A stretch of 48,771 nucleotides of DNA, the filler included, from Catajapyx aquilonaris (Eukaryota): the NCBI GenBank assembly GCA_000934665.2. It is 3 parts of 3 records of this genome, joined end to end, with 100 filler letters (N's around TTAATTAATTAA, not from the genome) between each part and the next. Parts side by side here need not be neighbours in the genome. Positions count along the whole stretch, not along the records: positions 16,276 to 32,454 come from JYFJ02007267.1; positions 32,555 to 48,771 come from JYFJ02007268.1; 1 more part is not named here. One strand, 5' to 3'. Positions 25,312-37,611 of the stretch are shown here, in pieces; the first letter of the stretch is position 1, and each line of letters opens with the position of its first letter. The notes under the pieces are model-generated. The model worked only from the letters and a program-made list of their open reading frames with translations. It was not told the origin of the DNA and made no database searches. Position numbers and translations under genes: made by a program.

Positions 25312-25648
25312 GTTTTTTTTTTCCCATTACCCCACAGGGGGAGTTATACTACTCCTTAGGGGGGGGTTACCACCTTTGGAAATTGTTTTGGAGCGAGTTT
25401 AAGAAGAATCTTAATTAGTATGCTCCAAGGGTGGGTGGAAGGGGATGTGCAAAGTGCAAGTGCTATGTCTCTAATCGTCATTTTGTGAACTCCCCCGGGT
25501 GGCTTAGTCTGCCGGAAATTGCCACCCGAAATGAAGCCAGAGATGGCCCAACTCTGCACGGATAAAGGTGGGAACCCCGGGTGGGGATTGAACCCGGGAC
25601 CTTAATATCCGTGGGCGCGCGCGTTACCGCGGCGCCACTTCATCTCCC
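25312..25648 (-). mobile_element. tRNA-derived SINE (family 1a) nested in the foldback spacer
   Basis: Reverse complement of the 21408 element. TSD tatatttcgtc (25298-25308 / 25649-25659). Confidence 0.9.
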
Positions 25649-26330
25649 TATATTTCGTCAGTTGCAACACTCCGTATCCTATCTCATAGACTTGGGTACA
25701 GTTGTTCGCATATTAATATGCGTGAACTGATATAGTCTAACTTTTGGTGTGAATTTCATTATAGTAGGAAACTTACTTGACAGTACTTAAGTAGCAGTTA
25801 CTTCCTCTTGTCAGGAGAAGTATACGTATGCCCGTGTCATTATTGTACATCCATTGTCCACGAACCTATGATGGCAACTTTGAATCCCTTTCGCCGCTGG
25901 AATGGCTACCCATTCATCTTTTTTTTTGCTTCCGGTATGCTTCCACTTTTCATAAATTTGTACCATCAAGAATCTATACCAGGTTTTTATATTATTTTAT
26001 GACGGAACCGGTCTTTCCTTTATGAAATATAAAAGAATGTTGCATATTAAAATGGCGTTTTCCATATATTAATTTTTGAAATGTGCATGTTGTTGCATAG
26101 AAACAAAAATCACCCCTGTGAAAAAAATTCGTATCTCACTGAATACAAATATATACCGAATTTTGATATAATTTTATAATCGAACTCATGCTACTTTGTT
26201 ATACAAAAAATAACGATTAAATTTTCAAAATTGCTTCTTCGAGAAAATATTTATTTTAAGTGTGCATATTGTAGCACAATTTCGAAAGTTGTGACTTTAC
26301 AAAAATTTATATCTCATGTATAAGAAATAT

Positions 26331-26391
26331 TTATTTATTTATTTTATTTATTTTTATTTACATTACCCCTTGCGAGGGCGGGGCCCTTTAC
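26331..26391 (-). mobile_element. 61-bp 5'-truncated non-LTR 3' end
   Basis: Minus strand gtaaagggccccgccctcgcaaggggtaatgt plus an A-rich tail. 13-bp TSD gtataagaaatat (26318-26330 / 26392-26404). Absent from the left arm. Confidence 0.8.
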
Positions 26392-28489
26392 GTATAAGAA
26401 ATATATACCGGGTTTTGAAACTATTTAATTTTATAACATGTCCGTCCTTGTAAAATAAAAAATAAAAATAAAATATTTAAAATGGCTTCTTCGAGAAAAT
26501 ATTTATTTGAATTGTGCATTTTGTAGCACAATTACGAAAGTTGTGACTTTACAAAAATTTGTGTCTCGCGTATAAAAAATATATACCGGGTTTTGACACC
26601 AGTTAATTTTATAACATGTCCGTCCTTGTAAAATAAAAAATAAAAATAAAATATTAAAAATGGCTTTTTTGAGAAAATAATTTTTGAAATATGCATGTTT
26701 TCGCTTGTTGCCATATTTTCACCTCGCATATCTCAACTACACGCGGAGCTAACGAAGGTTTTATTTCATAACCTGGAGGGGGTCACCGAGTATATCACAA
26801 AATATAATCAGCACAACCGTCACGTTTACCATAACGGCGTAATAAATTGCGAAATATGCGAATTTTGACCAAAATATGCAAGATTGATTTTTTTTGCAGG
26901 TCACTGTACCATTAAATGAGGTAAATTTATGCATTAAATGACAGTGTGTTATTCCAAAAGCATGAGTTTAAAATTTCATGTTGGTTCTCAGAACAGTTTC
27001 CTAGATATACTCATTGAAAGCAATGGAAAAAGCGGGAAAAAGTGCGTCTTCGCGTGATTGTGATTTTGGTACCCCTTCAAAGAAATATTAATATCTCGAT
27101 AACTAAATTTAATCTCGTAAAACTGATTGCTCCATAAGAGTCAAATTGGATGTGGGTTTCACACATATTTTTTTCAAAAAAATCGATGACAATGACCTGA
27201 CACCTTTTTTCACTCACTGGCTGATCTGAAAATGGAACCACCCAACAGCTTATTGACCTCTCAAGTGTTTAATCCATTAATGCAGCTAATGCTACAGTTA
27301 GTACAGCGAGATATAAATTTTTGTAGTTACTTGCCAGATTTTATTGTGAGCTTTTCTTCTGGTCTTGTGGAATAATATTCCTGCACGTTTGATACATGGT
27401 GAAAATGACAGAATACCACATGATTCTAGTGCTGATTTTGCCAAAATGTTTGCAGAAAACATCACCTAGTGAGTCATCGATCCGCCAAGCACTAATGTGC
27501 ATGTTGCGCTGATGATGAACCAGTTCTGCACGCCATCTGGTGCTGGACTGCGAACTCCGGAATCATCATGCAATGTAGGCCTACTTCACTGCAGTATGGA
27601 GGACATGAGAACATGGTGGGACTAACAAGTTAGTGAGCATTCCTTTAGACGCAACTCTCGAGTGTAGTAGATGCCACAATTTTTCATTTACAACGCAGAA
27701 CTGATGCTGTACCAGTTTCTGGAGCACTGCATGTTGAGGAGTGATACTCTGATACAGATCCAACTGAATGACATTTTATTAACTTTCAACATACAGTAGA
27801 ATCAAGAATATGTGGGTACTATTCAACAATCAAAACAAAATGTGTGCCACCATCAATTTCCACTGCTTGGTGGTAGCAAAGGGAACTTTAAGGGGGGGGA
27901 TAAAGAGAATTTGGAGAATAGTTCTCGCTAACTAACAACAGCAGAACCGATTTTTTTTTGTTGTGGGTAAGTGTAACTGACCTCTTTCTTACACATGTGT
28001 GCTGTACTTTTCCCATATTCTTAATGTAGTATTTTAAAAAGTCATTTGCATTTGGGAGTAATTTACGCCTTAGTAAAATTTTAAGTGATGTCGTAACAAG
28101 CACCAAAAAATGGGGAAAAATGAGGTGCTCCGGACCCGTGAAGCCGATTTTTATATTTAGCTATAACCTTTCGCCAAATAATAATTTTATCAAAATTTGA
28201 CTGATTTGAGAACTACTATCAGTTGGGAGAACCCTAATTTGCACGGTTTTTATTGTGCCTCGAGGGAATTGTCAACCGCAAACGCGACCCTTCTTTTGTG
28301 TAGGGAGGGTGGGATCAAGTGTCTCCTCTTTCGGCCAGAGTTGGAACTCGAAGAAGTCTGGATTCTCTATATGCCCCCCTTAAAGGAGGGCATTGAGGAA
28401 ACAGTGCTTCTCCATCACTCCAGCTTCTCTCTCATCCTTCTGCTTTCATTCCAACATTGTCTTCTTCGTACTTTATGCCACCCTTCGTT

Positions 28490-28840
28490 ATTTTTATTTT
28501 TATTTATTTTTACGTTACCCGTGATAAGGCTGAGCCTTTTTAGGGGGGTGGAATACCACCATTTCACTCAATTTTTCCTATTATCTTCAATCACCGGTGC
28601 AAGGAGTCAAGGATGTAGGGTAGGGATAGGGATTTTTGGGGAGGGAACATAGGTGCAAGTGCAATGTCGGTAAAGGGGCCATGTGCTGTTCCCCAGGAGG
28701 TTAGGTTGCCAGACACCTCCTTGGTGCAGGTCAGAGACCCTCCTGACGCAGGTGAAAGGAAAGTTCCCCAGGCGGGGATCGAACCTGGGGCCTTTCACTC
28801 AGCAAGCCGAGACGTTACCATCTTGGCCATCTACACCTCC
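28490..28840 (-). mobile_element. tRNA-derived SINE (family 1b)
   Basis: B-box (ggttcgatcccc on the minus strand); core and tail shared with family 1a. TSD ccacccttc (28478-28486 / 28841-28849). Confidence 0.85.
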
Positions 28841-29429
28841 CCACCCTTCTTCATTATAACTTCAACTTCTGGCCCCCCAGCAATTCCATCCATGGGGACA
28901 CCGTCTCCCACTTCCTCCATGGCCTCCAGCTGCGGCCTCTCAGCTATGACCAACCATTATGCCTCATCCCCCGAGTCATCTTCCACCACAGTGTTAGACC
29001 CTCAGTGGTTGATTTCTGCTCAACCTGGAAGGAAAGATTTCCAATTTAAAGCAGGCTAGGGGACTTGAGCAAGGTTCTCAAGATATCTACGAGGGTTGGA
29101 TTTAAAATAGTGGCAACCCAGTTCTCCTTGCGCACAGAACTGGGTTGTGGCTTCTGCGCAAGAAGGGAGAGCCAGGCAGATGTGGGGTTTGTTCATGTCA
29201 AGTTTGGACTGGTGACGGTGACAGGGTAGTTCAAGGGGGCCGCATCCTCGTGCACCAACCAAAACCATGCCATTGAAGTTAGAAGAGTGCTTTTGGTTGA
29301 AGATCAAGGAGACGAGAGGCTATGACAATGCCCAGTACTACTGCAACTTGGAACACCGTATGAGACGTACCAGTGACACGACGCAAGCGACTGCAATTTC
29401 TTGAACACCAGCCTCATGACCAGCCCTAT

Positions 29430-29580
29430 ATTGTTTTGCCATGTTGCAGCTGCAGTGACATAATTATTGCTTCCTTGGCAATGGGAAACACTGCAGCACC
29501 CTCCCTATTCTACAGACATGACCCCTTGCGATTTTGATTATTTTGTTAACGAAGGAACCAGTGTGAGGAAATGTATGCAG
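29430..29580 (+). mobile_element. mariner transposase C-terminal remnant
   Basis: HVAAAVT*LL..WQWETLQHPPYSTDMTPCDFDYF. Confidence 0.75.
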
Positions 29581-29769
29581 ATAATTGAAGCGATAGTACA
29601 GTGTTAAACATTAATTGAGTTGTACTGCTAGCAACATTTCCCGAAGTGGCAGAAAATCTAATCAAACCAATGGAGCAAAAGCCTTGCAAGTAGATGCCTT
29701 CTTCTACCCCTTCGGAAAATGTTGCTAGCAGTAGGCCCTACGATGCGATTAATGTCCAACATTGTGCAG

Positions 29770-30365
29770 GCGCCATCTCTTGAAACCAACATTGCAAGCC
29801 TCACACCGCTGACGCGGGACGCCATAGTGCACAGCACGCTTGTGTGATCTCAGGTTGGATCGCTGTGAGAATCAGACGCCACACAGTTCACATGGGAACG
29901 GGCACTCGGCTGTGTGCATTTGCAAACGAGTGTTATAGTTCTCATTGCGGGTAAAAGTCTTTACGCAGGGATCACATTCGAATGGATGTTTATCATAGGG
30001 TGGTGAACTACCAGTGTGTCCATCATGTGCCCATCCATGCAGGCTTCACCAGTCTCAACTGTCTCAGGTTCAGGCAGCTTTCCCTTGACCTGTTGTTCAT
30101 CTGGTTGCTCTGGAACATCTTCCTCAGGCTGTCTGTCGCTCTCCTACTCCCTATGTACATAGGGAGCTTTGAGCTTTGGAGGAAGTACTTGCAGTGTATG
30201 TTGTCCTTCACTTCTTACACACCATGTGCGAGCTAACCTTGGACTGACTGAGCTGAACTCCCAAGATGTTCCCCAGTCTCACCAGCTATGGTTTGTGAGT
30301 CACAACAAATGTGTTGCAGTGACCTCATGTTGAGGCCAGAATCTTGGATGCACATATCATGCTGT
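29770..30365 (-). pseudogene. ZAD-like plus C2H2 zinc-finger pseudogene, intronless
   Basis: Manual minus-strand translation: MICASKI..*..*LVRLGNILGVQL..SHMVCKK*, an acidic linker, then HPFECDPCVKTFTRNENYNTRLQMHTAECPFPCELCGV*FSQRSNLRSHKRAVH..RCEACNVGF. Confidence 0.8.
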
Positions 30366-32454
30366 TGCTGTGCTTGGGTGACCCAGATGGTGTCCGGGTC
30401 AAGAGTCAGGTCAGGCAATGGCACAGTGTGCGCAGTGGAAGTAACTTGCATGCTACACACACAGTTACATACGACCTAAACTCGGACCTAAATGATGATG
30501 TAGTTGCCCGGCCAATCAGATTGCTAGGTTGTGACCAAACATGGCGGCGCATGATGTAATAGGACTAAACATGACGACGCGTTGCAGATTGAGCCAAACC
30601 CTTCTTATAGCATTGGTGCACCCTACCACGACAACTTGCACCACAATTACACCCGGACTGCGCCGGGGGACATGCTAGTTTTATATGGAAAATGTTCTCT
30701 GGTTGACCACGGAGACGAAGGCAAAGAAATTGTTCGCAAATATGGAGCGAGTAAATGATTACCGTGATCGAAAGGTGGGGAGATGTCCCAGATGCCAGAT
30801 GTGTCCGGGAAAGATATCAGCGGCTCTGAACGGGTCACATGCTCGGGGGGAGGGGGGTGGTTGTGGTTACCGATGGAAGTTGTATCATATTATCGATCTT
30901 ATCGATCGTATCGATGTATCTATATCCATGATCTATATCATCAACTTATTCAATATTCAATTATTCAATTACTATTATTACAATACTAGATGGCGCAAAG
31001 TCGCACTATTGTAAATGCTCTCTATAAGCTCTTAATAATTATCAAAACTTCCAACAGATGGCATTGGAGGTTGGCAGTCCTGCAGCTCTCAGGTATAATA
31101 TTAATACGAATAATATTCCGTGAAATAATAGGTGGCGTTGGGGGTGGTTTGTGGTACTCTCGTTGAATAATTAATAACTTCTAACAGATGGCGTAGGATG
31201 AGGTTGGAGCTCTCTGGTATAATGGTATAATTATCGAAAACTATTAATAGGTGGCGTTGGAGGTGGTGGCAGGTGGTCCTCAGGTTGACAGTCTTCATCA
31301 ATAATATTCTCTCTCTCCCCATTCTTCAGGGGAATCCTTCAGGTCGCCGGTGGAGGCATCGTCCTGGGTGACCAAATTTTTTCCCATCTTCACGTTTGGA
31401 TGCTGTGGTGAGAGCATGCAGCAGTCCATTCAGGTGTCATATCTGCATTTCATAACCAAAATGTCAACCTTCTCCTGCCCTGTCACTTCCATTTTCCACT
31501 TGGAAGATATGTTGGCAACATTTGCGCATTTTACAGGCACTCCAACGACATGTCAGTCTACCTCAAAAATGTTTCAATGGTTAACAAGAAGTTGTTATCC
31601 ACAGCCGTGTGGTCAATAAGTGGAGGATATTTGTTTTTTCATGCAATCATTTGTGACAGCAGTACTTTTCATTAGCAATGACCTATGTGTTGCGGTCACA
31701 TTATTTCATATTTTTATTTTTAATCATATTATACAGCGCTGTCACGGAGGGGGCCACGTTTGAATCATTTATGGAACATCTGCACACACGTAAGACTCTT
31801 CCAGTATTGTTCAAGGGCAGACAGAAGTCACCTTTACACAACCAAATTTTGCATGTACATCAGATGTACCGTCCATCTTCACTTTTGCATAAGTAAGGAC
31901 AATTATGTAACACGTGTCGGTGTGTATTTCATTATTATGGAGGGCAAACCGTCCCTATATAAACCTCCTTCCGCCTCTTTTGAGCTCTCTCTCCAGAAAG
32001 ACTGAACGGAAGCTCCAATTGTAAGTTACCATTTTATAAGTGTTATATTCTCTGTAACTAGCAGCGGTACCCGTTCTTCGCACAGGGAAAAAAGGGCGTG
32101 GATAATTACACCGAAATCTTCTTAGTTCTCAAGCAATATTAAATGCAAAACTGCTCATTCCCTTGCATATGTAGGCACTGGAAGGGTGTAAAAATATGGT
32201 TTGTTTGCGTAATAAAGATCCACGCACCTATGGCTATGTGGTTATCAGAATACAAAAAGGTGGGACAGATGGAGAAAGAAACAGAGAGGAAAAAGAAGAC
32301 TGGTATCCAGGGCCCTGCAGAGGGGGGGGCAGCTGGGTACACTTGCCCCGGGCCTCAGTACGGCCAGGGGGCCCCGCCAGGGGCCCCAGGCCAGACTTAT
32401 TCAACCAGCCGACAGAAACTTACTGGGAAAAATACCCAATTCCAATGGCGTCTT

Positions 32455-32554
32455 NNNNNNNNNNNNNNNNNNNNNNNNNNNNNNNNNNNNNNNNNNNNTT
32501 AATTAATTAANNNNNNNNNNNNNNNNNNNNNNNNNNNNNNNNNNNNNNNNNNNN
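32455..32554. other. Artificial contig linker (N44-TTAATTAATTAA-N44)
   Basis: Identical to 16176-16275. Confidence 0.97.
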
Positions 32555-32658
32555 GGATGTAAATGACCTGGACAATACCATTGGAAATTGTGAAACAAGC
32601 ACAGGGCCCCACAAAAGACCAGTAAGTGGCTCTGTTAACATTATAATTAGGGTGAATT

Positions 32659-33250
32659 GAAGACACCGGTGCAAAAAGTAGGTAGCTCCATTTTTTGTCA
32701 ATATGGAGTTATATTGTGATGCGTATAGAGAAAAAAATGCCACGCATTTCGGTACATAAAACAGGCAGCTCCGTCGATCTGGCATGGCAAGGGATGTGAA
32801 AATCACTTGCCTGGCATCCCAATTCGGAGCAAAAACTAGGTAGCTCCGGGAGCTGCCTACTTTTTGCACCGAATGATGTCATTCCCCACCGGATATTTAA
32901 TACATTAATTTTGATATTTAAATTTTGATATTAATATATTGATATCAAAATTAATATCAAAATTAATATTTATTTTATTAATATATTTGATATTATTGTT
33001 TTGATATTTAATTACATTTACTGTCATTCGTGGCAAAAAGCAGGCAGCTCCAAATCATTAATTATTTTTTTTAGTAGTACTATAATGGTGCGCTCATGAT
33101 GACGTGCCCAAATCAAAGGTAAGCTCTATTACAATGAACTGCATATGTAATATGTCAATGATATGCAGGGATGAATTTTCTGTACAGTTTTTATTGCCTC
33201 CTGAAAACTTGACAAAAATGGAGCTGTCTACTTTTTGTACCGGTGTCTTC
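32659..33250. mobile_element. Non-autonomous DNA transposon (MITE), Sola1-type, AATT TSD
   Basis: AATT|gaagacaccggtgcaaaaagtaggtagctccattttttgtcaa ... ttgacaaaaatggagctgtctactttttgtaccggtgtcttc|AATT. Four internal copies of the TIR core motif. Confidence 0.85.
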
Positions 33251-34709
33251 AATTCAGCTGTCTGTTGAACATACTGTATATACAGTACCATATAATTGAG
33301 TGATAAATGTCCAAGTCCTTCTTCCTGAACCTGTCCCACTTGGTACGAGTACTTCCATGGCACCTGATGTTGCAAGCAAATTAAGCACTCCTTGCCTCTT
33401 GTGAGAGAGAAATAGTTTTTTCTACTTCGTTAAATTGAAGGGGTTGTAAAGCAACATCCCCCCTCTTTTGATGTAATGGGGAAGACATGACATGATAATA
33501 ATATTATTGTGTACAGAATATGGAAAAGATCCCAAAAAAACTGGCATTTTAGATATAACTCAGATTTTTATCTATTCTTTGGTGTACATGGACACTGATC
33601 CATAGCCAGTTGAGTAATTGAGATACTAAATATTAGCAACAATACATCCTACCAAGATCCTACTGATGTTTGTTTTGTATATTGCCAGGTAAAAATTAAT
33701 AACTTATCATGTTACATTGGGTATTTGGCTCACCCAAACTCATATTCTTGAAAATTTCCTAGGCACTCACAACAGTAGTTGTTTCACCATAAATCTTGGC
33801 ATATATTATGTATGTCATAGGACATTATAAGAAAGCCCATTAAAATAGCTTTTCCAGTTGAGCGTATAACTCATTTGGTGCAAGAGCATCTCATTGCTAC
33901 ATTTACAAGAGAGGCAATAGAAGCAAGCATCTTCTAGATTTTCATGGATATGGATGTGAGATAAATAATTATTAAGCACTTTGTATTTTGATAAATGGCC
34001 ATGTACAGTACATTACACTGGTCAACAAAGAAAAATTATCCAAGATAAAAGCAGTCAATTCTGAATAATCTTAATGTGCTGAATAAGGATATGACATTTA
34101 AAAAGAAATATTGACTCTAGTTTAGGAGATACAATACAGAGATGGTCACAATAATGATCATGTATACACAACATGCAAGGGAACATCGCGAATTTCTATG
34201 TGAAGTTCAAGTTCAAGATGTGTTTTTCTGGTTCTTTAACTGCTAGTAAGAAAGCACCTTTCTAGAAAAATTGTGGTTCTCAAGAATTCATGAGATGCTT
34301 TGGTCGAAAGGTGGTCAAAAATTGATCTATTTTGCAAGGATCTGAGGCAGCTGGACTTTATATCTGATATCGGCGAGGTTTTTGGTGCATAAAGGTTTCT
34401 TTACATGGGAAAAAAAATGATTTTCATTCATTCATTCATTACACTCAAGGCATATTCCCAAGATGGGAACAATCCACCTGGCCATCTCGTACCACCAGTT
34501 TAATGAAAACAATGATAAAGCTGGCAATTATGAATTATGAAATATAAGTGCACTTTTCAGGGAATAGGAAGGTGTTGAAAATAAGTAAAAACAGTATCTT
34601 CTTGTGCATGAAAGCAAAACGAGTTTTTAGATATTGACCCAGACACCCTAGGTGGTGAATTTTATTATTTATTATCAGAACCTTCAAATCATTAAGAAAT
34701 GGCTACTTT

Positions 34710-35042
34710 TTTTTCTTTATTAAAAAAATAATAATTTCCTCATTAGAGGGAACGAAGCCCTTTAGGGTGGTGGATTACCACCATCAAGATTGATTTTCAG
34801 CAAGGACATTTAGGATGTAGGGTAAGGATGGGGGGAGTTGGGAGGGGACACAGGAGCAAGTGCAATGTCTGAAAAAGATCATGTGCAGTCCCCCAGGAGG
34901 CCGGTTGCCAAGACACCTCCTTAAGCGTGGACCAGAGACCCACTGATGCAGGCGAAAGGTAACTCCCGGGCGGGGATTAGAACCCGGGCCCTTTCGTACA
35001 GCAAGCCGAGACATTACCATCTTGGCCACCACACCTTCCCCC
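34710..35042 (-). mobile_element. tRNA-derived SINE (family 1b)
   Basis: Homologous to the 28490 copy. 15-bp TSD agaaatggctacttt (34695-34709 / 35043-35057). Confidence 0.9.
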
Positions 35043-35965
35043 AGAAATGGCTACTTTAGTCGGCAATATCGGCAATAGAAGCGGACCTTTATGGGTACAC
35101 ACCATAATTATGTACGTATTACTCCATTACGTAAGAAACTGTTGCGGCTTTCTCAAGAATCATAGCCATTTTGGATTTTTATTGTCATATTTGTGATCAG
35201 CACATTGAAATCTTTTATAAATGTCTACTTTAACCTGAGATAATTCACTTTTGTCCAATGTTGACCAGTGTTATTAGCAGGGTAATACTGTCTTGTACAA
35301 GGTCTTGTATTGGTTGAGGCCATTAGCACTGTTGTGGTCATGAAAAATTTGGTCCTGAATCAGGCAAGGAAATATTTCTTCATAATATAATTTTTTGTGG
35401 CTTATGAGTTTTATTGAAATATTCAATTACGCTTCAAATTACACTGTTGAGGAGTTTTTCGAGTTTTTCTTTGGATCTCAAGACCTAAATTAGAGGATTG
35501 TGTAGGGTGGGTGATAGGAAGGGTTACAGGGGCAGGAAGTTGGAAAAGAAGACAGCAGGATGAATAATGTAAGTGACCACTGCTTTTCTTTGGTATAAGG
35601 CCATGAAATTTCATTGGAATACAGTGTCTTTGAGGTAAGTTGCAAAGAAGAAGAAAAATGTTATAAGGCATGTACACCCGCGAGCATAAAGATGGAGACG
35701 GCAGGTCCTCACCTTCAGCAGGCTGCTCTGCCAATCTCAGATATTACGGTATCAAAATATACTCTCATAAATACACGATCACACGCCTGATGCAGCTAAC
35801 TCAGTTCCAAAAGAGTTCATTAATTTGAGTCGGATAAAGAAAGGTCAAAAAAGGGCCTGTCATCTTTATGCTCGCGGGGGTACATCAAGACTTATTGTTA
35901 GTCTTAGATCTATTGCTATTCAATAGTTCGCATTCTTGTGACTGGTTATAACTTGGTTTTGACAG

Positions 35966-36324
35966 TTCTACCTGGATACTGAGAAACTTCTGTCAGCCAT
36001 AAATTGTGACCCACTAGAACCAACATGTCTCACTCTATGCAAGACAGATTTTAATTTAAAAGAGACCAAAGAGGAGAAGAACTTTTTGAGCAAGCCTTTG
36101 TCCATGATTAATTTCATCTCAAACAAACGACGAAGGTCATCTAAGATCACAAGAAACTACCATAGGAATCGTAAGGAGAAACTTGTTGAAGAATTCACAT
36201 ATTTCTTACCTGCTTCAACCATATCGCAAGAGAGGAAGTGGAAGGTGTTTGATGAATGGCTGTTAAGGGAACCAGAGTTTGTCCAAGAGTGGCAATCAGC
36301 TCCAAAATACATTAAGTTATTCAG
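35966..36324 (+). CDS. CNBD-family K+ channel, exon A (cytoplasmic region before S1)
   Basis: cag|FYLDTEKLLSAINCDP...EWQSAPKYIKLF(R)|gtgaag. Open for 359 nt; its phase-2 end joins exon B. Confidence 0.65.
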
Positions 36325-37032
36325 GTGAAGTTTATACTAACATCATTTTAAGAATATGGAATTTTGTCCTTATTTAGAAGCAGCAGCCAACACCTTGCTA
36401 CAAATGAGCGCATTACTGTTGTGGGAAGGGTTTCCTTGGACCAGTACAAGTCAAGACGGGTAGGGTGGGAATGACCCAGTACTTGTGACAAATGATGAAA
36501 TATAATTTGGGGGTTGAGGAATTGTGGAGGATATTGTTAACCAGCTGTCAAAATCCAAGTCAGTGTTGGCTAATGGGGCACTCAAGTCAACAGTGTGGGT
36601 CCACAAGCCACACATAATTATGTCCTGGTGTGAGTGTTGTGATGGCAACCATAATTGTGAATCTCGCACATGATACTTTAAATCAGTTAAATATGAAAAA
36701 AACTATGATCTGCTTTGCTCTTTGTCTCTGCCTGTATAAATAAAATGCAGAACAATTCAATTGGATAGTTCTCCATCATGTAGATGTGGTCCACTTGTCA
36801 TCAGTGTTTACTTGTGTGCCTTAGTGCAGGTTAAATTTATTTCCTGCTTGGATGGGTGACAGTTTTTCTTTATTTCTTTTTTTCTTTTTCTTGGAGAGAT
36901 AATTAATTGATTTCTCATGGATTGATGCCTCATGGAGGGACAGGTTGACCACTATTGCTGCACATGTTCGGTGCACTGTATAGTAGTAGAAATTTTAAAG
37001 AGATTTGGTTAATTTTGAAAAAATATTTTCAG

Positions 37033-37215
37033 GGCCATCCTAATGCCACTTTTCATCAACCCTTGCGGTTCATTCCTCAAGTTATGGGAGACCTTCCGAA
37101 TAGTGTCTATATTCATCATGTCGCTAGGGCTTCCCATACACACTGTCCTTGGATCAAAGCACATGGTTGGATATTACTTGGTTGTGGCCTTTGATGTTAC
37201 TGTCTACATTGATAT
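37033..37215 (+). CDS. CNBD-family K+ channel, exon B (S1-S2)
   Basis: ttttcag|..AILMPLFINPCGSFLKLWETFRIVSIFIMSLGLPI...VAFDVTVYID|gtgagt. This frame is not in the ORF track. Confidence 0.85.
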
Positions 37216-37611
37216 GTGAGTTTATGCTTGTGGTAAAGCACTTGTCTTATAACCGGTGTATTAGTTTGTGTCATATATCTGAACATTTATTTAATTCTCC
37301 TTAACATGTGTTGTAATAATTGGTTGTAATGCATCCAAGGGAAGAAGTAATGTCTACAAATCAGAGAAAATACCCATGCCAGTATCATACACTACATGGA
37401 AGGACCTAGGCTGCCTGCCCATATCAATTTTTCACTTATTCGTTAGTATAAATTACAGCCATGCGAGATAAGTGACCAGTTTGGCAACACATGTTTGGCC
37501 AACCCCCCTAGCATTTGAATTCCATTGGGTATGTCCCTTGTTTTCTGTGCCATATTCCCCCTGTTTTTTCTCTTTATTGCTTACTTGCTACAGTACTGTA
37601 CAAAAGGTGCA

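Larger units (their letters stand above)
24154..27243. mobile_element. Large non-coding foldback element with ~1.05/1.3-kb inverted arms
   Basis: gggtggttccatttcagatcagccagt... vs ...actggctgatctgaaaatggaaccaccc. Arms 24154-~25204 and ~25943-27243; near-identical 'ORFs' at 24668(+) and 26729(-). No clear TSD. Confidence 0.92.

Noticed and set aside
24668..26729. Near-identical 65-73-aa ORFs on opposite strands
   Set aside because: These are AT-rich chance ORFs duplicated by the foldback arms.
27888..28200. Possible Kolobok-like terminus (TTAA followed by a G run)
   Set aside because: No partner TIR or coding evidence in the window.
31906..32095. Possible solo-LTR fragment (TG start, TATA box) followed by a Helitron-like end (actagc..cccg..gcac)
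   Set aside because: No second LTR, CA end or TSD is visible; too weak to call.
35771..35896. Possible extra channel exon (..KRACHLYARGGTSRLI|gttagt) upstream of exon A
   Set aside because: It is phase-compatible, but the CNBD similarity is too weak (no GE motif) and the acceptor is uncertain.
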